DNA from: the human T2T-CHM13v2.0 reference genome, Homo sapiens
Strand: one strand, 5' to 3'
NCBI RefSeq assembly: GCF_009914755.1
Contig: NC_060925.1
DNA length: 64,000 nt
Below are positions 27,037 to 40,575 of this stretch, one piece after another (position 1 is the first letter of the stretch; each line of letters begins with the position of its first letter). A program made the position numbers and the translations under genes. The notes under the pieces were generated by a model. It searched no databases and was not told the origin of the DNA. It saw only the letters and a list, made by a program, of their open reading frames with translations.

Positions 27037-27417
27037 GGCCAGGTGCAATGGCTCATGCCTGTAATCCCAACACTTTAGGAAGCCGAGGCAGGCCGATCAC
27101 TTGAGGTCAGGAGTTCAAGACCAGTCTGGACAACATGGTGAAACCCCATCTCTACTAAAAATTTTAAAAAATCCAAAAAAATACAAAAAAATTAGCTGGG
27201 CATGGTGGCGGGCGCCTGTAATCCCAGCTACTCAGGAGGCTGAGGCGTGAGAATCACCTGAACCCAGGAGGTGGAAGTTGCAGTGAGCCGACATGGAGCT
27301 GCTGCACTCCAGCCTGGGTGACAGAGCAAGACTCTGTAGCAAAAAAAAAAAAAAAGAAAAGAAAAAAGAAAGAAAGAAAAGAAAAAGAAAGAAAGAGAAA
27401 GAAAAAGAAAGAAAGGA

Positions 27418-27485
<68 letters not shown>

Positions 27486-27497
27486 GAAAGAAAGAAA
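27037..27497 (+). mobile_element. AluS with an expanded middle A-linker and a (GAAA)n tail
   Basis: Full dimer. TSD GAAAATGA(T/C)GATGAG at 27022-27036 and 27498-27512. Confidence 0.96.
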
Positions 27498-27502
27498 GAA
27501 AA
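27341..27502 (+). repeat. 162-nt uninterrupted polypurine tract containing (GAAA)~17
   Basis: Only A and G from 27341 to 27502. Perfect GAAA run at ~27416-27483. Confidence 0.95.
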
Positions 27503-27965
27503 TGACGATGAGCCAGGAGGAAAAAAAAAAAGTAGTTCTGGTTCTGGTATTGCTCTCCATGTAGCCGTAATAATGTATAACTTTTCTGTTTTCTGGGCCT
27601 TCTAACTTACAAACTGAGAGAGTTGAACTAGATAATGCCAAGGTCATTTCAAATGTATCTATTAACAGTGACACATTCATTAGGTCATCCAATAGAGGAA
27701 GTTTTTTTTAATTGTTCAAAGCTGTCACCGGCATAGCAAGATGGAAAATCCCATTCAATGTGGGTGGGAGCGTCTTTATCAAAATTTTCTAGACCTAACT
27801 TAGGATAGGGTGGGGCAAAGGTGAGGGGTATTAATGTTAAGGAGAAACTAGCAAGGATTTTTTTCTAAGAAAATCACATAAGAATTAGATTTTGAGATTA
27901 AGTAGCAGTTGTCCGGATGAAGAGGAAGATAAGGGGGAAATTTTGCTGTTTAAAAGTTCATACGT

Positions 27966-28250
27966 GGGTGGGGTGCAGTGGCTCACACCTTTAATCTCAG
28001 TGCTTTGTGAGGCTGAGGTGGGAGGATCACTTGAGGCCAGGAGTTTAAGACCAGCCTGATCAACATAGTGAGATCCTGTCTCTATAAAAAAATAATAGCC
28101 AGGCATGGTGGTGTGCACCTGTAATCTCAGCTACGTGAGAGGCTGGGGTGGGAGGACTGCTTGACACCAGGAGGTCAATGCTGCAGTAAGCCATGATCAT
28201 GTCACTGTACTCCAGTCTGGATGACATAGCAAGACCCCAAGTCAAAAAAA
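27966..28250 (+). mobile_element. AluJ
   Basis: AluJ diagnostics gggaggatcacttgaggccaggag and gctgcagtaagccatgatc. Confidence 0.9.
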
Positions 28251-28361
28251 GAAAAAGTGCACATTGTTTATATGTACAGAGTAGTAAGAGAATATGCCCA
28301 AAAAGGAATGCAAGTAGCCTCATTAGGAAAGTGTAGAAGAGAATAAATAGTTATGTTTAAT

Positions 28362-28455
28362 TGTTTACTTCTTATTTTTGTGAATACATAGGTATATATA
28401 TTTATGGGGTACATGAGGTACTTGGATACAGGCATGCAATGCTTAATAATCACAT
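28362..28455 (-). mobile_element. L1MA2/3-type 3'-terminal stub
   Basis: tatatatttatggggtacatgag...gatacaggcatgcaatg...aataatcacat. Confidence 0.7.
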
Positions 28456-29367
28456 GCAATTGCCTCTTGGCCTTTTTTGCCACGTTCTTTTAGACCTCTG
28501 TAAAAGCTATTTTTAAAATGAAAAAAATGACATAATTCGATTGGTGTCCTGGAAATATCACTTTGGTAGCAATATGAAGGAAGAACAGAAAGAACTAGAG
28601 TCAAGAGAAATTGAAGGCAAAGAGATCAGTCATGGAGCTCTCATGGTAATACAGTTAGAAACAAGGGATAGAATTAAATCAGTGACTATAGAGATAGGAG
28701 AGGGCAGCTATGTCAAATGACATACTACAGTATGTGTCAGAAGTCAGACATGGAACTGTTTAGAACCATAAGTGGGAGCTTTGCACGAGGAACAATACAG
28801 ATAAAGAAGAGATGTGGCCACATCACCACATCCAACAACATGCTCCCACCTAAAAAGCAAAAAGAGTGAAATATTTAAGACTAAACTAACAAACACCATC
28901 TTTCCCTTCTTGCCCACACTTCCTTCTAAGCGAATCTACCTTCACCCTCATTGCCTTCTGAAATGGTGATTCTGTGTGGTCTTGCTTGTATCACAGCTGA
29001 GATGAGAGCTGTATACATGATTCAAGTGAACCAATAGGCTTCTTTTCTTTAGAATTTGTTCTAAGAAGTACAGAGGTTGGGGAGGTAGAGACTGTCATCC
29101 TTGGTCATATAGATTTAGAGCTGGAAGCCATTTTTATCCATGAATATACTGAGATAAGCAGAGATAATAGGTTTAGGGAAAGAAGCATGAGAACCAGTAA
29201 CTTGATGTTACAAGAAGAGACAAATGTCCACGGAGACTGAGAGAAGCCAAAGTTGTTTCTGATTTTCCAGTTCCTAGTCTAGGTTCAGCTCTATTCCTGG
29301 TAATTGAGTCCCTTGAATTTAGGCTCATGATTACTTGAGGTGGTGTAGATTAATATCTGTTTCTTTT

Positions 29368-29514
29368 TGTTTGATTGTTTTACTTTGCTTAATTTTTTAC
29401 TTTTTATTTCTGCGGGTACATAGCTGTATATATTAATACGGTACATGAGATATTTTTTGACACAGGCATGCAATGTATAATAATCACCTCACGGTAAATG
29501 GAGTATCCATCTCC
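29368..29514 (-). mobile_element. L1MA2/3-type 3'-terminal stub with T-rich tail
   Basis: Same family motif. TSD-like TTAAT(A/G)TCTGT(T/A)TCTT on both sides. Confidence 0.72.
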
Positions 29515-29810
29515 TTAATGTCTGTATCTTGAAACCAAACGATTACTAATTCCAGCACAACCTGATAGATTGCAAAGCAGATGGCCTCTTCTAAGAAAAA
29601 TATAAAACTTGGTATTTCTAGAGCCTTGCCAAGAAGCACTCACCATGGTCCCCCTGAGAAACTATGTTCCAGCCAAATTTATAAATATCCAGTACTTTGG
29701 CACCTAGTATGTAATGAAAGAGAGATGGGCCAGCCTGCCCCAGAGTTAAGAGTGGGTATCGCTAATCTTCCTAAGGCAATCTAGTATAGTGGCCAAGAAT
29801 GCAGGTTCTG

Positions 29811-31575
29811 GATATTAGTGCTTCAGTGTATGCATAATTTGCAAATATTTTCTTCCATTTTGTAGGTTGTCTGTTTACTGTATCGATAGTTTATTTTGCT
29901 GCTCAGAAACTCTTTAGTTTCATTAGGTTATATTTTTCTATTTTGGGGTTTTTTTTTTGTTATTGTTCATGGTGGTTTTTTTTGTTTGTTTGTTTACAAT
30001 TGCTTTTGAGGTCTTAATCATAAATATTTTGCCTAGGCCAATGTCCAGAAGAGTTTTCCCTAGGTTTTCTTATAGGATTTTTATAATTTCAGTTCTTACA
30101 TTTAAGTCTTTAATCCATCATGAGTTAATTTTTCTGTATGATGAGCGATAGGGGTCTACATTCATTCTTCTGCATATGGCTATCCAATTTTTCCAGCACT
30201 ATTTGTTGAATAGGGTGTTTTTTCTCCATTATGTATTTTTGTGGACTTTTTGCCAATGATCAGTTGGTTGTAGGTACATGGCTTTTATTTCTTGGTTCTG
30301 TATTATGTTCCATTGATCTATGTGTTTATTTCTATACCAGTACCATACTGCTTTGGTTACTTAAAATAACCTTATTGTAGAATTTGAAGTCAGGTAATGT
30401 GATGCCTCCACCTTTGTTCTTTTTGCTCAGGACTTCTTTGGCTATTTGGGCTCTTTTTTGGTTCCATATGAATTTTAAGATTGTTTTTTCTAATTCTGTG
30501 TAAAATGGTGTTGGTTATTTAATAGAAATTGCATTGAATCTGTATATTGCTTTGGGTAATATGATCATTTTAACAACACTGACTCTTCTAATCCATGAGC
30601 ATGGGATGTTTTCCTATTTGTGTCATCTACAACTTCTTTCATCAGTGTTTTTTAGTTCTTCTTATAGCGATCTTTCACCCCCTTGGTTAAATGTATTTCT
30701 ACGTATTTTTATACAAAGAACATAAACAACTCAGCAAGAGAAAAACAAGTGACCCTACTAAAAAGTGAGCAAAGAGCATGAACAGACATTTCTCAAAAGA
30801 AGACACACAAGCAGCCAACAAACATGTGGAAAAAATGCTCAACATCACTAATCATCAGAGAAATGCAAGTTAAAGCCAAATGAGTTATCATCTCATACCA
30901 GTCGGTGTGACTATTAGTAAAAAGTTAAAAAACAGATGTTAGCAAGGATGCAAAGAAAGGGGAATGCTTAGACACTGTTGGTGGGAATGTAAATTTGCAC
31001 AATCCCTATGAAAAACAGTATGGAGATTTTTCAAAGAACTAAAAGTAGAACTACCATTTGACCCAGCAATCCCATTATTGAGTATCTACCCAAAGGAAAA
31101 GAAATTGTACGCTCTTGTATGTTTATGGCAGCCCTATACACAATAGCAAAGTCTTGGAATGAACCTGTGTCCATCAATGGATGACTGGTTAAAGAAAATG
31201 TGGTACATATACACTATGGAATACTACTCAGACATAAAAAAGAATAAAATAATATCTTTTGCAGCATCATGAATGGAGCTGGAGGCCATTATCCCAAGTG
31301 AAATAACTCAGAAACAAAAAAATCAAATACCGCATATTCTCACGTGTAAGTGGGAGCTAAACAATGGGTACACATGGACATACATAGGGAAATAATAGAC
31401 ACTGGGGACTCCAAAAGCAGGGAGAATAAGAGGAAGGTAAGAGTAAAAAATTTACCTATTGAGTCCAACATTCACTATTCAGGTAATGAAAACACTAGAA
31501 ATCCAAACCATTATGCAATATATCTGTGTAACATACCTTCATATGTATCCTCTGAAGAATCTATAAAAATAATAT
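29811..31575 (+). mobile_element. L1PB4-like element with 5' inversion (inverted arm 29811-~30709, sense arm ~30710-31575), inserted in a MIR
   Basis: TSD AATGCAGG(T/C)TCTG at 29798-29810 and 31576-31588. L1PB4-type 3'UTR (gctaaacaatgggtacacatggacatac). Confidence 0.87.
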
Positions 31576-31815
31576 AATGCAGGCTCTGATAGTAAACTAC
31601 CTTAGTTTGCATCCTAGTTCTCCCTCTTGACTTCATGGCCTTGGTCAAGTCATGTACTTCCCCTGTGCCTGAGATTATTCATCTGAAAATAGGGATAACA
31701 ATAGTATCTACCCCAAAAAATGTGTGAGGATGAAATGAGATCATGTACGTAAAACAGGTAAATAGTTCTTTGTACATGTAAGTACTCAAGAAATGCTAGT
31801 CATTATAATTTTTTA
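31576..31815 (+). mobile_element. MIR (its first ~25 nt remain at 29783-29810)
   Basis: MIR core ccttggtcaagtca...ctgtgcct...catctgaaaatagggataacaatagtatctacc. Confidence 0.8.
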
Positions 31816-31844
31816 TTATTATGTTATTCTCCTTTTCTTATCAG

Positions 31845-32480
31845 CCACCAAATCCTTTTAATTTTGTCTCCTAAATATCTGTCACATCCATGCAATCATT
31901 TCCACCAAGATTGCTACTATACTAGCCTAAGTTACTGGTAGTGCTCACCACAGTGCTTTACACTCACCAGTTATCCCTGGTTTCAGTGTTACCCACCTCA
32001 AATCAATCTATATACAAAGCTAGAATAATCCTCCTGCAATTCAAATGAATGAATGTCTCCCCTTCTTGAAAGCCTCAATGACTCCTCATTGGCCTCAGAA
32101 TAAAGTCCTATCCCTTCACAGTATGTAAGGCCCTTCATGATGTGAATGATGCTTAGCTATTCAGCCTCATCTCTTGCCATTTATTCTCTCTGATACAGTT
32201 TCTACCCTTGGAGAATTCTTCTGCAAGACCTTGCTACACTATGAAACACTCTTTCCTCTTTCTTCTCTTGCCTACCTTCCGCTTATCATTGAGTTGTCAC
32301 CTTAGATATCATTTCCTCTGAGAATGTCCTTTGATACCATACAATTTGTCTTCATCTTCTACCACAGTGTAAGCAATTTAAGTTGAGCAAGGTATATCGT
32401 TCAACATTTTTGATGTTTAATATAGTGCTTGACACTATTTTTTAAGTGAATGAATAGGTGGATGGATGGACAAATGAATG
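31845..32480 (+). mobile_element. L2 3' fragment
   Basis: ctcctaaatatctgtc, agaataaagtcc, aaggcccttcatga; ends in a tgaatgaat-like tail. Confidence 0.65.
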
Positions 32481-34373
32481 TATGCAACTTTGTAGTGCAT
32501 GAAACTAGTTGCAGTATGGGAAGTTATGTCTGGAGGGAGTTCAACTATGAAGCCAGGTTAATATATCTAAAACTGAGTTTTCAATCCAAGCAACAAGATT
32601 GAGGGAGGGCCAAGGAGGGAATCAAAGCAGAGAATCCAAAGAGCAGGTGTAAGGAAACACCAAGGAAGGATTCATGAGGTGGAGTAGAGCAGCTCATGGT
32701 AACTTTTCATGGGATCCCTGAGCTGGCTTGCACTGGCTTGTGTTCATTCAAAGGAAGTCTAGTATAATAGATAATAAGCAATGAGAAGGGATTGAAGGAT
32801 ATTTAAGAGAAAAATGCATGATCAACTTCATTTTGGAGAAAAACTGCATTTTTTTTCAGCATTATAGAAGGTGGTTTGCAGGGACAAGATTGTTGGTAGG
32901 GACACCAATTAAGAGATCATGTCAACAACTGAGTGATAATGACAATCTGAACGAAGACAGTAAAGATGAGAAAGGGGAGCAGATTAGGGCAACTATGACC
33001 AAACACATATTAGACATATTCAAAATATTATTAAGATTTAGTTTGCAGAGGGAGTTATAGAAACTAGTTTTAAAAGGCATAACAAATGTATGAAAGTATA
33101 GGGTAATTTGTGAATCCTGTGAATTTTAAGTTTGGATTTGAGACAGGCAAAACCATCACCTCTTCAACCTCGTGAAACTACAATATCAATATTTAAGGGA
33201 AAAAAAAAGACTCTAGATGAATTTGCAAACAAAGTTTTCCTAGACCCAAAGCAGGACTACGACACTGGGATACATGCTTTTAGTTTGTGTCTGTTTGCCC
33301 TAAGCCTTCCTACCAATCCCTTCCAACTCTCAGTACCTGATGGTTATGGGCTCTTGTTTGAAGTGCAACAGCTCTGTCACCCACACGGAGTGTGACCAAG
33401 GACAGATCATGAAAGCTGCCAGCTTTCCATTTCACTGAAGTTGGCACGCCTTTCATGCTTACTGACCACAATGCTGCCATCGTGCCCTGGGTGAGAAGAC
33501 ACCTTCCCCTGGAAAGTGATCAGTAAAAGAAAAATGTGTTTCAGTTGTCTCTAAAAGCAGGGAGCTAATTCATCTTGCTCTGATGCCACTTTCCTTTTCC
33601 AATTTTTAAACAAATGATTTTTGACAGAAACACTAGTTGAAGTCTCATAGTTAAAATTCTTTCCCAAATTATCTAACACCTGTTGGGAAGATTATCTCAG
33701 AAGTTTACATAGTGAGACTTGAACATAAAACGTCAAAGGATGCCTCACATTTTCTGCTCTCTACTTGTCCTCTGTCCTATCAACGTCTCCTTTAAAAAAG
33801 AAAACAAAAAGGTCTTGAGGCTAGAATAGAGGGTAATCACAGTTTTTGAGCCAGGGAAAGAAGGGCATTGAGAGGAGAAATCATGCTAGGTGGCTGGAGC
33901 CCTCTGAGATGTCACAGGACCTCTGCGAGGTGAGAAGCCAAGCGGTGAGAGCTTGTGCTAACCTGCCTGACAGCCAAGGTCTTGTTCCTTTCAAAGTAAT
34001 CTCCCCTGAGCACTCCAAGACAGGCTGGCTTAGGCAGACTCAATCCAATTTAATGGATGATTTGACAATGGAAAATTGAGGGAAGAAGGAAATGATACAT
34101 GCCAGATATCAGTCCAGGCGAAGCTGAATGGGTCTGATGCCTCCCATTCATTTACCAAGTGGGAAGTGCCTGAATGAGCAAGTGTTCAGTGTGGGGGCAA
34201 ATTTTAGCAGAGTGTCTGGGGAGAAGAAATGTCCCTTTATCCTCTAGCCCTTTGTAGAGTATCCAGAATTTGAGGGGCACTGCTTGGAAATCTCTGACAG
34301 TCAGTCTGTCTCTGCCCAATTTGACATTCTTCTTTTAGAACCTGCCTTTTCCCGGGTAGGTGTGGGAATATCA

Positions 34374-34610
34374 TTTTTTTTTTTTTTTTTTTGAGGCAGA
34401 GTCTTGCTCTGCCACCCAGGCTGGGGTGCAATGGCGTGATCTCAGCTCACTGCAACCTCAGCCTCCCAGGCTCAAGCGATTCTCGTGCCTCAGCCTCCTG
34501 AGTAGCTGGGATTACAGGCAAACACACCCACACCTAGCTAATTTTTGTATTTTTAGTAGAGATAGGGTTTTGCCAAGTTGGCCAGGCTGGTTTCGAACTC
34601 CTGACCTCGG
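34374..34610 (-). mobile_element. 5'-truncated AluS
   Basis: Poly-T followed by antisense Alu. TSD GGGAATATCA at 34364-34373 and 34614-34623. Confidence 0.94.
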
Positions 34611-35409
34611 GTAGGGAATATCAGTATTTGTGGCCTCAGCTCTTATCTCTTCTCAGTACCAGATGTCTCTATGGCGTACCCTCCTCCTCCTCCTCCATTT
34701 CTGCTTATGCTTAGCACCATCCAGCTCTAATTCACAGTTGATAATTCCCAAGTTCCATTAGTAATGAATGAGCTTAATTTGGCAGCCTTGGAACCTCTAT
34801 TCTTGTGTATTCTTATGGGCATCCCTTCTGGGCACATCACAACCCAGTGGACTCAAGCCAACCCCCTCCTTAAAGCATGTCCTTTACTGTCCACACACTG
34901 GTTGGCATTCCAGTCTGTCAACCTATATTAACATAAATAGAGAGAGAAATGGATTAACTAGTTGTAGCTTTAACTGCTCTTTATCACTTCTGTATGATTG
35001 CTCACTGCCATGCTACAGAGGTAGAACAGATGTTGGTGTTTCCTTTTAAGAACTAGATAGACTAGCGAAGGTCTGCATAGTATCCTGGGAAGCCTAAGGA
35101 TTCGTTTTAGAGGTCCTAATGACTCTCATGGTGCTGTAACATACTCATCTCGAACCTATCACTGTATACCTCTGCTTTCACAACAGCATCAGAGGCCCTC
35201 TTGGCATACTTTGTTGTGTTTCAGTGGCATCAACAGGAGGAGGATCTGATTTTCCTTCAGAAAGGCAATCATTCATCATTTGCTGTCCTAAGGCAGTGTT
35301 TGGCCAACTGCCCTCCCTATTGACAGCTGGAATGCTGATTAGAAATAGACCATTCCACAGTCTGGCCAGGAACCTACTCAAATGGACAATTTCCCCATTC
35401 TCATTTATA

Positions 35410-35580
35410 GAATAGGTAATAACAATATCTAACACTGATGAGCACTTACTGTATGCTAGAACAGCTAGATGGTTTGCACAAATTCTCTCATTTAATCCTC
35501 ACGATTAAATAAATAAGTAGATATTTATCCCCAATTTATACATAAAGAAACTAACCAGTTAAATAATTTCCCCAAGATAA
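35410..35580 (-). mobile_element. MIR relic
   Basis: gagcacttactgtatgct...ctcatttaatcctcac...tatccccaatttatacataaagaaact. Confidence 0.65.
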
Positions 35581-38500
35581 GGGAATTATCATAGGTCTCA
35601 AATATAAGTTGTATCTACTTTTGCAGCCTCAGTTATACTTCTCTAAAAGTATCCTTTCTATTACAGAAGACAGAGAGATGTTTTCCACATGGACCTTTGC
35701 TTGTCCCTTTTCAGCGCAACGGCCATCTCCGATTTTGCACTCCTGGTTTCCCACTCCAGTAAATTTTTCTCTATTCAGTGCCAAAATTATCTCTGGGACT
35801 TTTTGTTACATATTTCCCAAGGAGTTTTTGTCATGCTGTAAAGATCAGACTTTTCAATAAAGTTTCCAGTTTCCCAAAAGCAATGAGTCAGACCCAAAAA
35901 TCATGTAAAGTGTCATTTCTACTTAGTGATCACTATTAGATAGTTTTCTATTTTGGTACCATGTTTCACTCAGTTCCTGTTACTTGCAACCCCCAAGAAA
36001 GAAACTTCTTTGAATTTTTGTTGTCGTTGTTACCTAGAGGATAGGAAGCTATTTCTGTTCACGAATAAAGAATGATTTTTAATATCAGATTTAGCATGGT
36101 ACAATTCAGCGACTATTATTTCTCTGTGTCTATGATATGCGAGACATGGTACTTGATGGTGGGCAGAATCCACAGAGGAAGAAAACACACACCAGCTGAG
36201 AACCTGTGGGAAAAAATATACATCAAACATATTAATAGAAATCATCTTTTGTAGGTTGCTTCATGATAAGATATCAATTTACATATGAAAAAAACCATTG
36301 CAAAATGTGCATGTTACGCACTCTCCAGAACATCGGTTAATTCTTTCTTTAAATTTTTTTTAATTATTATGGGTTCTACCACAGCAAGGTATAAGTATAA
36401 AGAGAAGTTAGGAAAAGTAATCTAAACTCAAAATTGCAGTGCAAATTTGCCTTTTCAATCAAATAGCTTCAAATTTCTAATGTAAACTCCTTAGTCATAT
36501 TAGGCAAACACAAAAGCCTGTTAACAAATTATAGAGTTCTACTTAATCATATTATCTCACTTTAACTATATGTGATTTCTTACTAATGATTGATTCTAAA
36601 TATTTTTTAAGTCACGTTATTAATGGTCACAATATTTTGAGTTCTAAACATCTATTTTAAAAGATACATGAGGTATCAGCAGTCTCCACATTCGTCTCAC
36701 CATTAAAACTCATATTTAATTAAATTTTGGGGTGCTTTAGAAAATATGAATACTTGAAAATTACTAAATTGGCTTGAAGTTGCATTATGATTAACTGCAG
36801 GAACAATGATTACATGTCAGAGATCAAATCTAGTAATGATATAACCTTTTTGTAACATTAATAACCATATTCATAAATTCATTATATTTATATATGTAGA
36901 AAATAACAAGACTTTTCTATAAGGAGAGCTATGAAACAGTCCCCCAGATTTAGCATTAAGTGGCTAAACAGTGTACATAACAGTGTATAGTGTACCATCA
37001 TTTTTTAAATAAAAGGATATAGATACATATACTATGCATGATGTGTATAAATATATAAATATATATACACATCTCATATATTATATACATGTTATTTATC
37101 CCATGGCATCCAGTGAGACTTCTCTAATCACATTCTTGTTTTTTTTATTTCTGAGAATTTCACTAGAAGCCCAGGCTCTCCTGCTTCAATTAGCACCTTC
37201 CCGGTGTTTCTATAGTTTTAGGTGATTTTTCAAGCCTTTGCTTAGTGGCTTTCATCAGGAGACATCTGCTAAGCCTTAGCTTCAGGGAATGAAATACTTT
37301 GCCATACTGAGAAGTGTCCCTTCCAACAACTCAGGGGCTAGAATCAATGCAAGAAAACTCTCTCACATCGCTCTTCAAAACCTGAAGAAATCCTTCAGGG
37401 CGATAACACAGGCATCAGTAGGTGCTGAGGGGTGTTTGGCTGTTTACCCTCAAAGTTGCGATCTCCACTTGACTTACTCATTATTATGGGTCCTAGAGAA
37501 GTTGAGGGGGGTGTGGCTAGAGTCGCCTCAGGTGTCTGAAGGGCAAATATATGCTATCACCTGCTTTTGCTGAAAATGTAAAGATTATGTTATCTTCTGT
37601 GGCTAGACTCATATTTCACTCTCACAATCATCTAGTGATGGGAGAGGCATGGGAAATACGGCTCGCATAAAGCCTTGGAGGGAGGCTGCCAAATGTGTGG
37701 GAAGGGGCAGTTGAAAGCACAAAGATCTTGGAGAGGGCACGAAGTTAGGGTAAAACTTGTTCATGCCACTCACTCATGCTGTGGCTGTATTTGTACCTAG
37801 AGTTGAAACAGCTCCAGAATTTCTTATTCGGAAGGGCTTCACAGCAGCTATCTGCAGAAAGTGGATGGAGAGATGGACTTGAGCTAAAACCGCAGTGGAT
37901 AACAAGCCTAATGTTTTCACTTGTTTTTATGTTTATTTTTTTACTTATGTTAAATGACTTGATATATTATCCTAGAAGCACACAATTGTTATTAAGATTG
38001 GGTATTTATTTGGGGGTATAAGGCACCTGAGAGATTGTAGGAAAGATAAAAACCGTTACCCAGCCACACTGGCATATCCACTAGGCAGTATGGCTTGCAG
38101 AAGCATAGATCAGAGCAGAGCTGGCAGCAAGAGCTGCCACTTCTGAGGCAGCTGCCAGGTCACTGCACCTGCCAGGTGCAGGTAACTTGTTCTTCAAATG
38201 GAAATTTTCATCCTCAAGTGTAGAGTCGCCATAATGTCCCTTGATGTCATATCTAGAACAATACAGTTGAACCCTCAAAAGAGAGCAGAAAAAACAGATG
38301 GAGTGACCACATTTCCTGAAGTTGCTTCAACTAGATGAAGTGTATCTGTGATTACAGCTCTCACAGTGTCCACATACACCAAAAAATTATTTTCTATATA
38401 ATTCTCAGCTTTAATTAGCTTTAATGCAGCATACTAATTTACATATCAAATTTATATATCAGCTGTTTTTACTTCTCCTATTTAGCAGATTATAATTCAC

Positions 38501-38597
38501 TACATCAGAGATCAGCAGCTACTTCCCATCAGTTGATTGGCTCATGTTCAAAAATAGCTGATGTCATAATCCCTAAAATGAAAAGGAAGACTGTCAG

Positions 38598-39022
38598 TGT
38601 CTTAGGCTGGATTCCCCAAAAGCAGATCTAGCGATAAGGATCTGAGCACAAGTAGTTCATTTGGGTGGTAATCTTAGGAAGCCCCAGTAGAGAAACAGGG
38701 AACTAAAACGTAGAAGGGAAGGGAGACCATGACATGTGCATTATAGCTGGCTGCAGTTGAGGCTCAGCCCCACTAGGCACTGCGAGAGACAACGTAGAGC
38801 ATGCCTCAGAGTTATCCACTGCTGAGGGACAAGGAGGCTGCGTTTTTAATCCCCTAACCCTCATCTGTCATGGGCTACAGCCTGCCCTCAGTGGCACTTC
38901 AGACCTGTCAAGATAAAACGCCAAGGAGGAGCATAGCAGTATCTTGCAGTAGACACCATTGATGTGTAATGGAACAGTGGGAGTTGAAAGAATATGGGCA
39001 GGCCACAACAGCATCTGCCATA
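38598..39022 (-). mobile_element. LTR16-family ERVL solo LTR
   Basis: tgtcttaggctggattccccaaaagcagat...caagtagttcatttgg. Possible 5-bp TSD GTCAG/GTAAG. Confidence 0.65.
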
Positions 39023-39470
39023 GTAAGTGTCTCAGAATGGTCCAGCTGTTGTCAGCCCAATAACCCCAGAAGTGCAGCCTAGAGGAGAGCGGGTTAAGCA
39101 GCATTTAAAACTTCTGGGCTGCAGTTGCTGCTTCCCCTTAATCTGACCAGATAGCTATTTCTATAAAATTCCTGTATAACCTCTTGATGCTAAAGATTAA
39201 AAAAAGAAAAAAAAAACTAAAAACAAGATGTTAATTGGCTTCAACTATGTGTGTCCAATCTCATTTTTCTCACTGACAGTTTGGGGTGGGATGGGGCACA
39301 CGTTATACCTGGGTACCTGAGAATGGGCTCTAGGGGGGAAGCAGGCCAATGGGAAATCCTCATCCAAAAATGGAGCTTAGAGTTCACAAGCCCAAGCCAG
39401 AAGGGTACACATGCCTTAAAGCCCAACTGTACACAAAATCAAAAGCTAAGGAGGTCAGTTAAGAAGTAAG

Positions 39471-40110
<640 letters not shown>

Positions 40111-40159
40111 TCACCAAAGCCAATAGGCCTAAAGGCAGACCTAAAACTAGCTGCCTCAA

Positions 40160-40575
40160 TCAAAGTAAAGTTAGATGCCACAACAAATAAACCCCTAATT
40201 CTCAGTGGTGTAACGTGAGAACTATTTCTCCTTCATGTAAAATCCACTACTCTTCCCACATATGACTCATGTTCCTTCTGTCTGTGGCTTCATCACTTAC
40301 AAGTGGCTTGGATCTGCTGGATCCTCTAATTCTGGCTGACAGATCGGAAAAATAGAGGGTGAAAGACTAAGTGTGAAAGTATTACATGACAGGTCTGGAA
40401 ATGGCACGCATTTCTTTGGCCTGGAAACCACTGGCAACAACTTAGTCACACTTCCCTCACGTAAATGCAGGGGGACTGGGAAACATAGATCCTGATTTAG
40501 AAGGAACTTCCTAGGAAAATCTCTGTACTGCGGAAGGGGAGCATGCTCTGGTAGAGAGTTAGTCATCTCTACAGC
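40160..40575 (-). mobile_element. MLT1-type LTR relic
   Basis: caacaaataaacccctaattctcagtgg and ggtctggaaatggcacgcatttct resemble antisense MLT1J/K. Confidence 0.45.

Noticed and set aside
27228-27692. Lys/Arg/Glu-rich and Phe/Leu/Ser-rich ORFs
   Set aside because: These are translations of the stop-free (GAAA)n Alu tail.
28362-29514. Local duplication suggested by two similar ~100-nt segments and similar ORF peptides
   Set aside because: Both are L1MA 3' stubs with different lengths and flanks. The second has its own TSD, so independent insertions are more likely.
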